Part shown: positions 43,014 through 52,879 of the stretch, one piece after another
How the letters are laid out: each line of letters begins with the position of its first letter
How positions within the stretch are numbered: position 1 is the first letter of the stretch
Origin: an uncultured Bacilli bacterium
Lineage (GTDB): Bacteria; Bacillota_I; Bacilli_A; RFN20; CAG-826
DNA length: 64,000 nucleotides
NCBI GenBank assembly: GCA_944336335.1
Contig: CALVLC010000029.1
Coordinates: 21,844 to 85,843, forward strand
Direction of reading: 5' to 3'
The notes under the pieces: generated by a model
What the model was told of the DNA's origin: nothing
Seen by the model: only the letters and a program-made list of their open reading frames with translations
Database searches by the model: none
Program-made: the position numbers and the translations under genes

Positions 43014-43959
43014 TTTTATTTAAAACTTTGCCATTTAGATAAGAGTAGAGATTTGAAAAAGCAATCTCTGCTCTTTTTTTCATGGCTTCTTTTGTCATAT
43101 ATCCAATATGTGGCGAAAGAAAAACGTTATCTAATTTTAAAAGTTCGCTTTCCTTATTTAATGGTGGCTCAATTGAAAATACATCAAGCGCCGCGCCTTT
43201 AATTTTCTTTTCTTTTAAAACATTTATAAGAGCGGCTTCATCAACTATTCCACCACGAGCCGTATTTATTAAATATGCACTAGATTTCATCATATTTAAT
43301 TCTTTTTCGCCAATTAAACCCTTTGTATCAGAATTTAAAGGAAGTGTTAAGCAAATGAAATCACTTTTTGTCATGATATCTTTTAAATCAACGTAAGTTA
43401 CGCCTTTTGAAACAATACTTTTCTTAATTGTACGGCTGTAAGCTAAAACTCGGATATTAAAAGGTTTGAGTAATTCAATAAGTCTGGCGCCAATTTTGCC
43501 AGTTCCTACAACACCAACTACTTTCGATTCAAGTTCTTGACCTAAAAGATTGCCATGTGTTTTGGATTTTCTAGCTTTATTATCGTTAAGCTTAAGATCT
43601 CTTATTAATTCTAAAATAAAAGCAAGATTTAACTCAGCAACCGCTTCTGTTGCATATCCGCTACAATTTGAAACAGCAATTTTTCTAGATTTTAAATATT
43701 CTAAAGGTAAGTGATCATAGCCTGTAAAAGCAACATCGATGTATTTTAAATTTTTAGCTTCTTCAAGGACTTCTTGGCTTAATTTTGTATTATCAACAAC
43801 CAAAATATCAGCGTCATGAATTCTTTTTATAATTTCAGCATCATTTCTTGGCTTTCTTAAATAATAAACAAATGTATGACCTAATGATGCAAGATCGTTT
43901 TTTATTCCTTCATAGAGACCTGGTTTAATTAAAAGGTCGTTTAACATTACGATTTTCAT
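43006..43959 (-). CDS. D-isomer-specific 2-hydroxyacid dehydrogenase (PGDH/glyoxylate reductase-like)
   Basis: NAD site GVVGTGKIGARL and the catalytic R..E..H pattern (NTARGG, SPHIGY). Confidence 0.85.
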   Translation of the reverse strand: MKIVMLNDLLIKPGLYEGIKNDLASLGHTFVYYLRKPRNDAEIIKRIHDADILVVDNTKLSQEVLEEAKNLKYIDVAFTGYDHLPLEYLKSRKIAVSNCSGYATEAVAELNLAFILELIRDLKLNDNKARKSKTHGNLLGQELESKVVGVVGTGKIGARLIELLKPFNIRVLAYSRTIKKSIVSKGVTYVDLKDIMTKSDFICLTLPLNSDTKGLIGEKELNMMKSSAYLINTARGGIVDEAALINVLKEKKIKGAALDVFSIEPPLNKESELLKLDNVFLSPHIGYMTKEAMKKRAEIAFSNLYSYLNGKVLNKII

Positions 43960-44549
43960 TTACTAACACCTGTTAATTCAACAAATTTAGGAAGTTCTTC
44001 ACACCATTTACAAAAAGCATGCCACTCCTTTAATTTATGGTATCTTCTTTGCAAATACATTGTTTTAAGTTGTTGATAATTTGTAACCATTGTTGCTCCT
44101 AAACAAAAACCACATGGAGTCGATGCGACAAGTTCTCTCCGTTTTTCTTTTTTCTTATCAGCTTCTTCTTCAGGAATTGCATTATATTCATCTTTAATTC
44201 TTTCAACTATTTTAAGAATTTCTTTATTTGTCTCTGAAACACATTGACTAGAAATATCAAATTTTAATAAACAATGCATTGTAGATTGTGAAGAGACATA
44301 TTCAAAAAAGTGATAACGTTGGGCTTGTTTCCACCAATAAAGAGGTGCTGTAATGTCGAATTCAACTACAATACCTTTTAAAAAATTATCGTGTCCTTCG
44401 CCTGGATGGCATTTACCTAACTTTTCAGCTCTTAAAAAATCTTTTTCATTAGCATCAGTTCTATCTAATGCTGTTCTCATAGGATTACCACTTGCTTTTA
44501 CTGCAAACTCTAATCCGTATACGCTTGTTTTCCCAATGTTAAAGTCCAT
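43956..44549 (-). CDS. Divergent ThyX (Thy1)-fold protein lacking the canonical RHR..S signature
   Basis: [41 protein letters not shown] follows the ThyX core block order (HE.PFEH..F.F.I.AP....Q..RHR..S....S.RY), but RHR is replaced by RYH. ATG 44549 (GGAGG 12 nt upstream) or GTG 44558. Confidence 0.5.
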   Translation of the reverse strand: [197 protein letters not shown]

Positions 44550-45342
44550 ATTTTTCACTTGCCTCCACTAAATTTATTAATAATGCTAGTCTTGTTAATA
44601 AACCAACACCTCCTGGTACAGGTGATTGAAAAGCAACAGGTAAGTCTTTTTCACAATCCCCGACCAATTTATTATTTTCGTTTCTATTAATTCCTACATC
44701 AAAAATATAGGCATTATTTTTAAATTCATATGTTTTGTCGACAAAATTAGCTTTACCAACAGCAACAATGATTAAATCAGCGTTTTTAACAAAGAATCTT
44801 AGTTCGTCATTAGGTGTTTTTGAATGTGCAACTGTCACAGTCATATTCTTTTCTAGCAAATATTTGGCCATTGGTTTACCAACAATATTACTTCTTCCAA
44901 TAACAAGAGCATTTTTTCCTTCAAATTTATAATTGTTATCGTCTAAAAAAGTTAAAATTCCATTTGGTGTAGCGCTTTTAAACTTTGATAATACATTAAA
45001 TCCATCTAAATCTTTTTTTGGATCTACTGCTTGTTTAACTTTTTCTTCAGAAATATGTTTTGGCAAAGGAAGTTGAACAATAAATCCATCAACTTCTTTA
45101 TCTAAATTTGTTTTTTCTATAATTGCTAAAAGTTCATCTTCACTAGTAGTAATTGGAAGTTTTTCTAAAATTGCTAAAGCACCTATTTCTTCAACATCTT
45201 TAATCTTACCTTTGATATAAGTGTTAGAAGCATAGTCATCATTAACCTGAATTATTTTGATAACAGGCTTTCTTCCTAATTTAAGAATTCTTTTAGCTAA
45301 TTCTTCTTTTTTGATTGTTACATATTCCTTGATTGTTGTCAT
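44539..45342 (-). CDS. folD: Bifunctional methylenetetrahydrofolate dehydrogenase/cyclohydrolase
   Basis: FolD blocks YIKGKIK, DGFIVQLPLP, GRSNIVGKP, PVPGGVG. Confidence 0.92.
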   Translation of the reverse strand: MTTIKEYVTIKKEELAKRILKLGRKPVIKIIQVNDDYASNTYIKGKIKDVEEIGALAILEKLPITTSEDELLAIIEKTNLDKEVDGFIVQLPLPKHISEEKVKQAVDPKKDLDGFNVLSKFKSATPNGILTFLDDNNYKFEGKNALVIGRSNIVGKPMAKYLLEKNMTVTVAHSKTPNDELRFFVKNADLIIVAVGKANFVDKTYEFKNNAYIFDVGINRNENNKLVGDCEKDLPVAFQSPVPGGVGLLTRLALLINLVEASEKYGL

Positions 45343-45424
45343 ATTTTTAAAAAAGAGTTCACAAAAAAATTATAGATAACCTATATAGTATTTTAATACG
45401 AAAAAGAAAATCTATAAATGAATA

Positions 45425-45742
45425 TTAGATAATTGAAAAATATTTGAGAATATTTGTTACAACTGCAATAGCCGTTGTTGTGCCTTCAGTTGTTGTGTCA
45501 TCTGTTGCTGGTGCAGCTGTTAATGAAGTTGATAATAAAGCTAAGAATAAGAAAACTATACCAAAACCTAAAGTAAGCATGGAAACAATCTTTTCGCTGC
45601 CTCTTTCTTTTGTTTTAACGAAAACGTTTAAACCACCACCAGTAATAGCGCCGGAAGCACCTTCACTCTTACCACCTTGGAGTAAACCGAGAACAATTAC
45701 AATAAAAGCGATAACCCAGAAAACATAATCATACCATTGCAT
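45425..45742 (-). CDS. secG: Preprotein translocase subunit SecG with a Thr/Ala-rich C-terminal extension
   Basis: N-terminal TM plus the LLQGGKSEGASGAITGG motif and a second TM. Confidence 0.8.
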   Translation of the reverse strand: MQWYDYVFWVIAFIVIVLGLLQGGKSEGASGAITGGGLNVFVKTKERGSEKIVSMLTLGFGIVFLFLALLSTSLTAAPATDDTTTEGTTTAIAVVTNILKYFSII

Positions 45743-45762
45743 TTAACACATCCTCCAAACGA

Positions 45763-45788
45763 TGTATATATGTTAAAACATATATACA
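45763..45788. promoter_or_regulatory. Perfect 26-bp palindrome (12-bp arms) just upstream of the secG SD
   Basis: TGTATATATGTT-aa-AACATATATACA. The SD GGAGG lies about 8 nt downstream on the minus strand. Confidence 0.5.
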
Positions 45789-45904
45789 AAAAAGACAATA
45801 AAGTGATTTTACGCTAAATTTCATCTTTTTCAATTAGAAATTTGTAGAGCATAAATTGTTACAATATAGTAAATAAAGTAGCAATTACAAGAAAGATACT
45901 AAAG

Positions 45905-45923
45905 TTTTGCAGGCTTTTTAATT
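45905..45923 (+). repeat. Partial copy C of the intergenic element (box only)
   Basis: TTTTGCAGGCTTTTTAATT is identical over 19 nt to copy A. It overlaps the uvrB stop codon. Confidence 0.6.
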
Positions 45924-47897
45924 CAATTCTGCCTTTAATTCAAACATAATATCTCTAAGTTTGATAGCTTTTTCAAAGTCAAACTCTTTAGAAGCTTTAT
46001 ACATTTCTTTTTCGATTTCCTTGATTTTCTTTTGAAGTTCTTTCTTTGTTAACTTAGCTTTTGAATTAACAACTTCTTCAGCTTCTGTTTCGGTGTTATG
46101 AATTGGAGCAGTTATTGCCTTAACAATTGTCGTTGGAATAATACCATTTTCGTCATTGTACTTGGCTTGAATCTCACGACGTCTATTCGTTTCATCAATA
46201 CATTCTTGCATTGATTTAGTTATGGAATCAGCATACATAATTGCTTTACCATGGCTATTTCTTGCGGCGCGTCCCACAACTTGGATCAAACTTCTAGTAC
46301 TACGTAAAAATCCTTCTTTATCAGCATCTAAAATTGCAATTAAACTAACTTCAGGAATATCAAGACCTTCTCTTAAAAGATTGATACCAACTAAGACATC
46401 GTATTTACCTTTTCTTAATTGATAAATAATTTCACTTCTTTCTAAAGTTTTACACTCACTATGCAAATATACAGTTTTGATCTCTCTATCTTTTAAATAT
46501 GCGGTCAAATCTTCTGCTGTTTTGATAGTAAGAGTGACAATCATGACCCTTTCGTTTTTAGCAATTCGATCTTTAATTTCGCTAATTAAATCATCAATTT
46601 GACCTAAAGTTGGACGAATCTCAATTTCTGGATCGAGTAAACCAGTAGGTCTAATAATTTGCTCAACATACTGACCATTAGTTTTTCCAAGTTCATAATC
46701 CCCCGGGGTCGCACTTGTGCAGATGACTTGATTTATTTCACCATCAAATTCTTCAAAATTTAAAGGTCTATTGTCAAGCGCACTTGGCAATCTAAATCCA
46801 TAATCAACAAGAGTAACTTTTCTAGAATGATCGCCATTATACATTCCTCTAACTTGTGGAAAACTAACATGACTTTCATCAACAATTAGCAAATAATCTT
46901 TTGGAAAATAGTCCATCAAACAAAATGGTTTTTGACCTGGTTTACGGTTATCAATATGTCTTGAATAATTTTCAATACCTGGACAAATTCCAAATTCTTC
47001 TAAAGAGGCAATATCTTGCTTTGTTCTCATTTCAATACGCTCTTTTTCAAGAGGTTTTGCCTCTCTCTCAAAGTAAGCAATTCGTTCATCAAGTTCTTCA
47101 AGGATTGATTTACATGCTCTTAAGATGTTTTCTCTTGTTGCGGCGTGGTCATAAGCAGGAAATAAATCATAATAGTGATATTTTTCAATAATTTCGCCAG
47201 TTAAGTAATTGCATTTTGCAATTGTCTCAACTTCATCACCAAAACAATCTAAACGGATGTACCAATCATCGCTATCGGCGGGCATAATATCGATTAAATC
47301 GCCATGAACTCTAAATCTACCTGGACTTAATTCAATATCGTTTCTTTTATATTGAGAATTTAAAAGTTTACCAAAAAATTCTTTGCGGTTAATTTCTTCG
47401 CCAACTCTTACATCAAAAACAAGTTTTTTGTATTCATCAGGATCTGTTAAACCATAAATCGATGCAACCGAAGCAACTACGATCGTATCTCTTCTACTAA
47501 CAATAGAATTTACAGCACTGACTCTCATCATTTCGATTTCTTCATTCATAAGAGCAGACTTATCAATATAAGTATCCGTTGATGGAATATATGCTTCTGG
47601 TTGGTAAAAATCAAAGTTTGAAACAAAATATTCGACCCTGTTTTCTGGAAAAAGTTCCTTCATTTCTGCATAAAGTTGACCAGCCAGAGTTTTGTTATGA
47701 ACCAATATTAAAGTTGGTCTTTGAACTTTTTCTATAACATTAGCCATAGTAAAAGTTTTACCAGTACCAGTTGCGCCTAATAAAACTTGATACTTTTTTC
47801 CTTCATTAAGACCTTTAACAAGTTCTTTTATTGCAGTAGGTTGGTCGCCAGTTGGTTTGAATTCACTATGTATTACAAAAGGTTTACTTTCATTCAT
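45918..47897 (-). CDS. uvrB: Excinuclease ABC subunit B
   Basis: GATGTGKTF Walker A, DESH box, helicase motifs and a C-terminal UVR domain. Confidence 0.97.
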   Translation of the reverse strand: MNESKPFVIHSEFKPTGDQPTAIKELVKGLNEGKKYQVLLGATGTGKTFTMANVIEKVQRPTLILVHNKTLAGQLYAEMKELFPENRVEYFVSNFDFYQPEAYIPSTDTYIDKSALMNEEIEMMRVSAVNSIVSRRDTIVVASVASIYGLTDPDEYKKLVFDVRVGEEINRKEFFGKLLNSQYKRNDIELSPGRFRVHGDLIDIMPADSDDWYIRLDCFGDEVETIAKCNYLTGEIIEKYHYYDLFPAYDHAATRENILRACKSILEELDERIAYFEREAKPLEKERIEMRTKQDIASLEEFGICPGIENYSRHIDNRKPGQKPFCLMDYFPKDYLLIVDESHVSFPQVRGMYNGDHSRKVTLVDYGFRLPSALDNRPLNFEEFDGEINQVICTSATPGDYELGKTNGQYVEQIIRPTGLLDPEIEIRPTLGQIDDLISEIKDRIAKNERVMIVTLTIKTAEDLTAYLKDREIKTVYLHSECKTLERSEIIYQLRKGKYDVLVGINLLREGLDIPEVSLIAILDADKEGFLRSTRSLIQVVGRAARNSHGKAIMYADSITKSMQECIDETNRRREIQAKYNDENGIIPTTIVKAITAPIHNTETEAEEVVNSKAKLTKKELQKKIKEIEKEMYKASKEFDFEKAIKLRDIMFELKAELN

Positions 47898-48993
47898 GTT
47901 TTTCGATTGTAGAATCTTCTACTTTTTCTTCTGAAATCACATTATTTTCAGAAGTTTCTTTCTTTTTGCTTTTTATCTTTTTCTTTAATTTATCGAAATA
48001 TTTTCCAGTACTATTTAAATTTAAATTTTCAAAACCTTCACCACCAGTAAATAAAGTTTGATAGAAAGTACAAAAAGCTTTTGGATCAATTTTTGCGATA
48101 CCACTTCTTATTTTGTTGTAATCTCTTCTTGAAAATACAATTCTTACCATTGTTTTTTCTTTACCAGAATAAGCACCTTTTACTTTAGAAATAGTCGCAC
48201 TTCTATCTAATTCATCGATTGAAAATCTACAAATTTCATCAACTTTATCAGTTACAATATCAACACAATAAGCACTAGTTTGACCACTATAAATTATTTC
48301 AACCATGAGTGAACACATAAATGCCGAAATAATACCAACCAATCCACCAATTAAAGCGATACTATTTCCCTTTGTTAAATCGATAATAATACCAATAAGA
48401 ACAATGCCGCCATCAAATAAGAAGAATGGAATGGATTCCTTTATTCCAGTAAATTTACTTACTATAAAAGTAAGAATATCAATGCCGCCAGTTGATCCGC
48501 CACCATGAAAAGTGATTGAACAACCTAAACCAACAATGAGTCCACCAAGTAAACCAATTACAAGCAAGAAGCCACCATCAATGCCGATTTCAGCTAAATT
48601 AGTTATAATTCCATTTTCTAAAATATAATGTGATTCCTCGCCCAACAAAACATTTAAGAATTCAGGTAATATTGGCGTTCTAAGGAATATAGATATAAAA
48701 ACTGGATAAAAAATAGTTGAGATTAGCGAGGATATTGTAAATTTAAAGCCTAATAATATTAAACCGATTACAAATAAAACCCAGTTTAAAATATAACTCA
48801 TAATATCTGGAGCGATAAATTCCGCGGTCAAAATTGTAATTCCGCTTACACCACCACTGATAATAGAAAAAGGAATTAAGAAGAATGCGTTGCCAGCACT
48901 AACTACAAAAGTTCCAAACAATACTAAAAATAAATTTCGTAAATTTCTTTTTAGATTGTCTTTTTGAAGAAAAACTTTTATATAGTTAAGCAT
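47890..48993 (-). CDS. YitT-family membrane protein (with DUF2179-type C-terminal domain) and a Lys/Glu-rich tail
   Basis: Five to six TM segments followed by a soluble domain ([12 protein letters not shown]..). 8-nt overlaps with both neighbours. Confidence 0.75.
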   Translation of the reverse strand: MLNYIKVFLQKDNLKRNLRNLFLVLFGTFVVSAGNAFFLIPFSIISGGVSGITILTAEFIAPDIMSYILNWVLFVIGLILLGFKFTISSLISTIFYPVFISIFLRTPILPEFLNVLLGEESHYILENGIITNLAEIGIDGGFLLVIGLLGGLIVGLGCSITFHGGGSTGGIDILTFIVSKFTGIKESIPFFLFDGGIVLIGIIIDLTKGNSIALIGGLVGIISAFMCSLMVEIIYSGQTSAYCVDIVTDKVDEICRFSIDELDRSATISKVKGAYSGKEKTMVRIVFSRRDYNKIRSGIAKIDPKAFCTFYQTLFTGGEGFENLNLNSTGKYFDKLKKKIKSKKKETSENNVISEEKVEDSTIEKHE

Positions 48994-50096
48994 TCTTTTT
49001 CGCCTCCTCTTTTAAATAAGAGAAAATAAATCCTTCAATGTAACCATCCATAACTTTGTTAACTTGTGTATCTTCGTAATTTGTACGATTATCTTTAACC
49101 AGAGTGTAAGGACAGAAAACGTAACTTCGAATTTGAGAACCCCACTCAATATTTTTTTGTTCCCCTACTATACCTTTAAGTTTATTTTTTCTTTCTTCTT
49201 CTTGTCTAGCAAAAAGTTGAGACTTTAACATGTTCATTGCAAGTTCTCTATTTTTAAGTTGAGTTCTTTCGACTTGGCAAGAAACGACAATTCCAGTTGG
49301 GATATGTGTGATTCTAACAGCTGTTTCAACTTTATTAACATTTTGACCGCCAGCTCCTCCAGATCTATATGTATCAATTTTTAAATCTGCAGGATTAATT
49401 TCAACGTTAACTGAATCGTCAAATTGAGGAATAACATTTACACTTGCAAAACTGGTATGTCTTCTAGCGTTGGCATCAAAAGGAGATATTCTAACAAGAC
49501 GATGAACTCCTTTTTCGCCTTTTAACATACCATAAGCGTATTTTCCTTGAATAAGGACAGTTACGCTTTTGACTCCGGCTTCTTCACCAGGTAAGAAATC
49601 TAAAATTTTATAAGAAAAATCTTTTAACTCACAAAATCTTTGATACATTCTTAAAAGCATATTAGCCCAGTCACAAGCTTCTGTGCCGCCTGCACCTGGA
49701 TGAATTTGAATAACACAATCTAAATTGTCATATTCACCACTAAAAAGAACAAGAGTATTTAGTTCTTCTAACTCTTTCTCTAAATCCTTATAAGAGGAAA
49801 CTAAAAGTTCAGACATCTCTTCATCATTAATGTCTAAAGTTTCTGCTAATTCGTTTAAATCTTTAATAGAAGAAGCTAACTTTTTATAAAGACTTATTTT
49901 ATATAATATGTCGTTTTTTTGATCAATTATTTTAGAAGCTTCTCTTTGATTGCTCCAAAAGTCGTCTTTTAAAGATAAAGCTTCTAATTCTTCAGCTTTT
50001 TTGCTTAATTTATCTAGGTCAAAGAGAACTACCAAGCTGTTCAATTTGCTCGGTAGCCTCTTTTAATTGGTTTTTAAATTCGTATAAATCAATCAT
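48986..50096 (-). CDS. prfB: Peptide chain release factor 2, with a programmed +1 frameshift
   Basis: ATG at 50096 opens a 25-codon frame ([25 protein letters not shown]) ending at CTT TGA C (50024-50018). The +1 frame continues as [10 protein letters not shown].. and contains SPF and GGQ motifs. Confidence 0.93.
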
Positions 50097-50107
50097 TGAC
50101 AACCTCC

Positions 50108-52702
50108 TTAGTTAGTGTGGATATCATCATATTCATGATCTACTGCTGCTTTTGCATTTTTATCAATATCTGTAATATTAAGATCTTTTGCGTTCTCTTT
50201 AGAAACAACTTTCATGTCTTTCGTTGGTTCGTTTGTTGCTTCTGGTTGTTTATGAACTTCGTTTTGAGCTTGTGTATTTACAGCGTATGTGTCTTTTTGT
50301 TCATCAACTTTCTTTTGAACCTTAACGTTTAATAAGTTAAGGACAACTTCAAGTGAAATTGTTTCAAGCATATCTCTGAACATTGCCCAGCCTTCATTAA
50401 CATAATCTTGAAGTGGGTTGATTTGACCATAACTTCTTAAAGAAACTGATTCTCTAAATCTAGACATATTGTCGATTTGTTGCGTCCAGTTTCTATCAAT
50501 GCATCTAAGTGTAATTTGTCTTTCGATTTGATCAGCAGTTTCTTTATCCCATTCTCTACGTTTAATCTGATAAGCGTTAGCAAGAACTTCACCAATATCT
50601 TCACCAGCTTCTTCAGGAACTGCTTCATCGTATAAATCCCAGTTGATTGCACTATCTTCAAGGAATCTAGGGACTGCTAAATCATGTAATTTCTTTGAAC
50701 TAACAGTTCTATTTGTTTGTTCATCAAAGATACTTCTTTTACAAAGTGCAACACCACAATCTTTAAATGTATCAGATAATAAATCGTTAATATCTTTAGC
50801 AAAAAGGATTTGGTCACGCTTTGCATACATAATTTGTCTTTGTTTACTTAAAACATCATCATAATCAAGTAAGTTTTTACGAACATCGAAGTTTTGGCCT
50901 TCAATTCTCTTTTGTGCGCTTGTAATTGCACTACTTAATAATCTGCTCTCAATTGCTTCATCACCATAATTTGCAAATGATTTTCTTAGATTATCACTGG
51001 CAAATCTAACCATTAATTCATCATCGAGCGAAACATAGAATCTTGAGAATCCTGGATCACCTTGACGTCCACTTCTACCTCTTAATTGGTTATCAATACG
51101 TCTTGATTCGTGTCTTTCAAGACCAAAAACACATAAACCACCTAATTCTCTTGTTTCAGCTGTAAGTTTAATATCGGTACCTCTACCAGCCATATTGGTT
51201 GCAAGAGTAATACGATTTTTCTCGCCTGCATGAGAGATAATTTCAGCTTCTCTTGCGTGGTTTTTAGCGTTTAACATTTCGTATCTTAAACCAGCTTCAT
51301 CAAGATATTTTGCAACTTCTTCACTTGCTTCAACGCTTGGAGTGCCAATTAAGATTGGTTGACCAAGACTATGTCTTTCGACAACTTCCTTAACAAGCGC
51401 TTTAATTTTTGCTTGTTTTGTAGCAAAAATATAGTCAATTTCATCTTTTCTTATGACAGGTCTATTTGGTGGAATACAAACAACCTTCATATTATAGATT
51501 TTTCTAAATTCTTCTTCTTCGGTTTTGGCAGTACCAGTCATACCGGCCATTTTCTTAAATAATCTGAAGAAATTTTGGTAAGTAATTGTAGCTAATGTAA
51601 CTGTTTCTTCTTTAATTTTAACGCCTTCTTTAGCTTGAATAGCTTGTTGCAAACCATCACTATATTCTCTACCTTTTAAAACACGACCAGTGAATTGGTC
51701 AATAAGTTGAATTGTGTTGTCTTGGTCGACAAGATATTCAACATCTCTTGCCATAATATAGTTAGCTTTCAATGCTTGGTGAATTCTATGAACTAAATCT
51801 TGAAATTGAGGAGCATATAAGTTTGGAATGCCAAACATTTTTTCAGCTTTATCAACACCTTTATCAGTTAAAGAACAGGATTTAGTTTTAATATCAACAA
51901 CGAAATCTCCATCAGGTACATAATCTGGGTGTTTTCTCTTGTAATCTTCATCAACATCTGTGGATCTTCTTAAAGTTTTAACAAATCTATCAGCAATTTG
52001 ATATTGTGACATTGATGCTTTAGCACCGCCAGAAATAATAAGAGGTGTTCTAGATTCATCAATTAAAACACTATCTGCTTCGTCAACAATACAGTAATTA
52101 AGTCCTCTTAAAACACGTTGTTGTTTACTTGGAGCCATGTTGTCTCTCAAGTAATCAAAACCAAGTTCAGAGTTAATTGTATAAGTAACATCGCATTGAT
52201 GAGCTTTTTGTTTTTCTGAAGTTGTTAAACTATGTAAATTAACACCAACTGAAAGACCTAACCAACGATAGACTTGGCCCATTTCGTTAGCGTCTCTTTG
52301 TGCTAAGTATTCGTTAACAGTAACAACATAAACACCCTTGCCTTCAAGTGCGTTCAAATAAACTGGCATTGTAGCTGTTAATGTTTTACCTTCACCGGTT
52401 TTCATTTCAGCGACGTCGCCATCATTCAAAACAAGACCACCAATAACTTGGCATTCGAATGGGTATAAGCCTAAAACTCTTCTTGCGGCTTCTCTACAAA
52501 CAGCAAAAGCTTCAGTCTTAATGTTTTCTAAGGTTTCACCGTTTTTTAATCTGTTTCTAAATTCAGTTGTCTTTGCTCTGAGTTGATCATCACTAAGTTT
52601 TTTCATGTCTTCAGCAAGTGCTAAGACTTTTCTAGCTTCTTTTACATATTTTTTTAAGATGTGTTGATCTACTCTAAATATTTTTTCAATTACATTTCCC
52701 AT
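50108..52702 (-). CDS. secA: Preprotein translocase ATPase SecA (no C-terminal zinc-finger tail)
   Basis: Full-length SecA pattern (MKTGEGKTL, DEVDS-type box VDEADSVLIDE). The C-terminal ~100 aa has no Cys. Confidence 0.97.
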   Translation of the reverse strand: MGNVIEKIFRVDQHILKKYVKEARKVLALAEDMKKLSDDQLRAKTTEFRNRLKNGETLENIKTEAFAVCREAARRVLGLYPFECQVIGGLVLNDGDVAEMKTGEGKTLTATMPVYLNALEGKGVYVVTVNEYLAQRDANEMGQVYRWLGLSVGVNLHSLTTSEKQKAHQCDVTYTINSELGFDYLRDNMAPSKQQRVLRGLNYCIVDEADSVLIDESRTPLIISGGAKASMSQYQIADRFVKTLRRSTDVDEDYKRKHPDYVPDGDFVVDIKTKSCSLTDKGVDKAEKMFGIPNLYAPQFQDLVHRIHQALKANYIMARDVEYLVDQDNTIQLIDQFTGRVLKGREYSDGLQQAIQAKEGVKIKEETVTLATITYQNFFRLFKKMAGMTGTAKTEEEEFRKIYNMKVVCIPPNRPVIRKDEIDYIFATKQAKIKALVKEVVERHSLGQPILIGTPSVEASEEVAKYLDEAGLRYEMLNAKNHAREAEIISHAGEKNRITLATNMAGRGTDIKLTAETRELGGLCVFGLERHESRRIDNQLRGRSGRQGDPGFSRFYVSLDDELMVRFASDNLRKSFANYGDEAIESRLLSSAITSAQKRIEGQNFDVRKNLLDYDDVLSKQRQIMYAKRDQILFAKDINDLLSDTFKDCGVALCKRSIFDEQTNRTVSSKKLHDLAVPRFLEDSAINWDLYDEAVPEEAGEDIGEVLANAYQIKRREWDKETADQIERQITLRCIDRNWTQQIDNMSRFRESVSLRSYGQINPLQDYVNEGWAMFRDMLETISLEVVLNLLNVKVQKKVDEQKDTYAVNTQAQNEVHKQPEATNEPTKDMKVVSKENAKDLNITDIDKNAKAAVDHEYDDIHTN

Positions 52703-52729
52703 AATTTTTACCTACGCATTTTAAAATTT

Positions 52730-52747
52730 TAACATTATATATAATGT
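52730..52747. promoter_or_regulatory. Perfect 18-bp palindrome AACATTATATATAATGTT in the secA promoter region
   Basis: It contains a TATAAT on either strand and lies 28-45 nt upstream of the secA ATG. Confidence 0.45.
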
Positions 52748-52853
52748 TATGAAAGAAATTTTAGACTTAGTGGAAGCATAAAAATTAGGTTACCTTTTTA
52801 AAATTTCACAAAAAAATAAGGAAATTTGCAACTGTTTAACTTTACTGCTTCAT

Positions 52854-52869
52854 CAAAAACTATGCAAAA
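52854..52869 (-). repeat. Partial, degenerate copy E of the intergenic element (box only)
   Basis: Minus strand TTTTGCATAGTTTTTG, 11 nt after the comFC stop. Confidence 0.45.
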
Positions 52870-52879
52870 CTTCGCTTTT

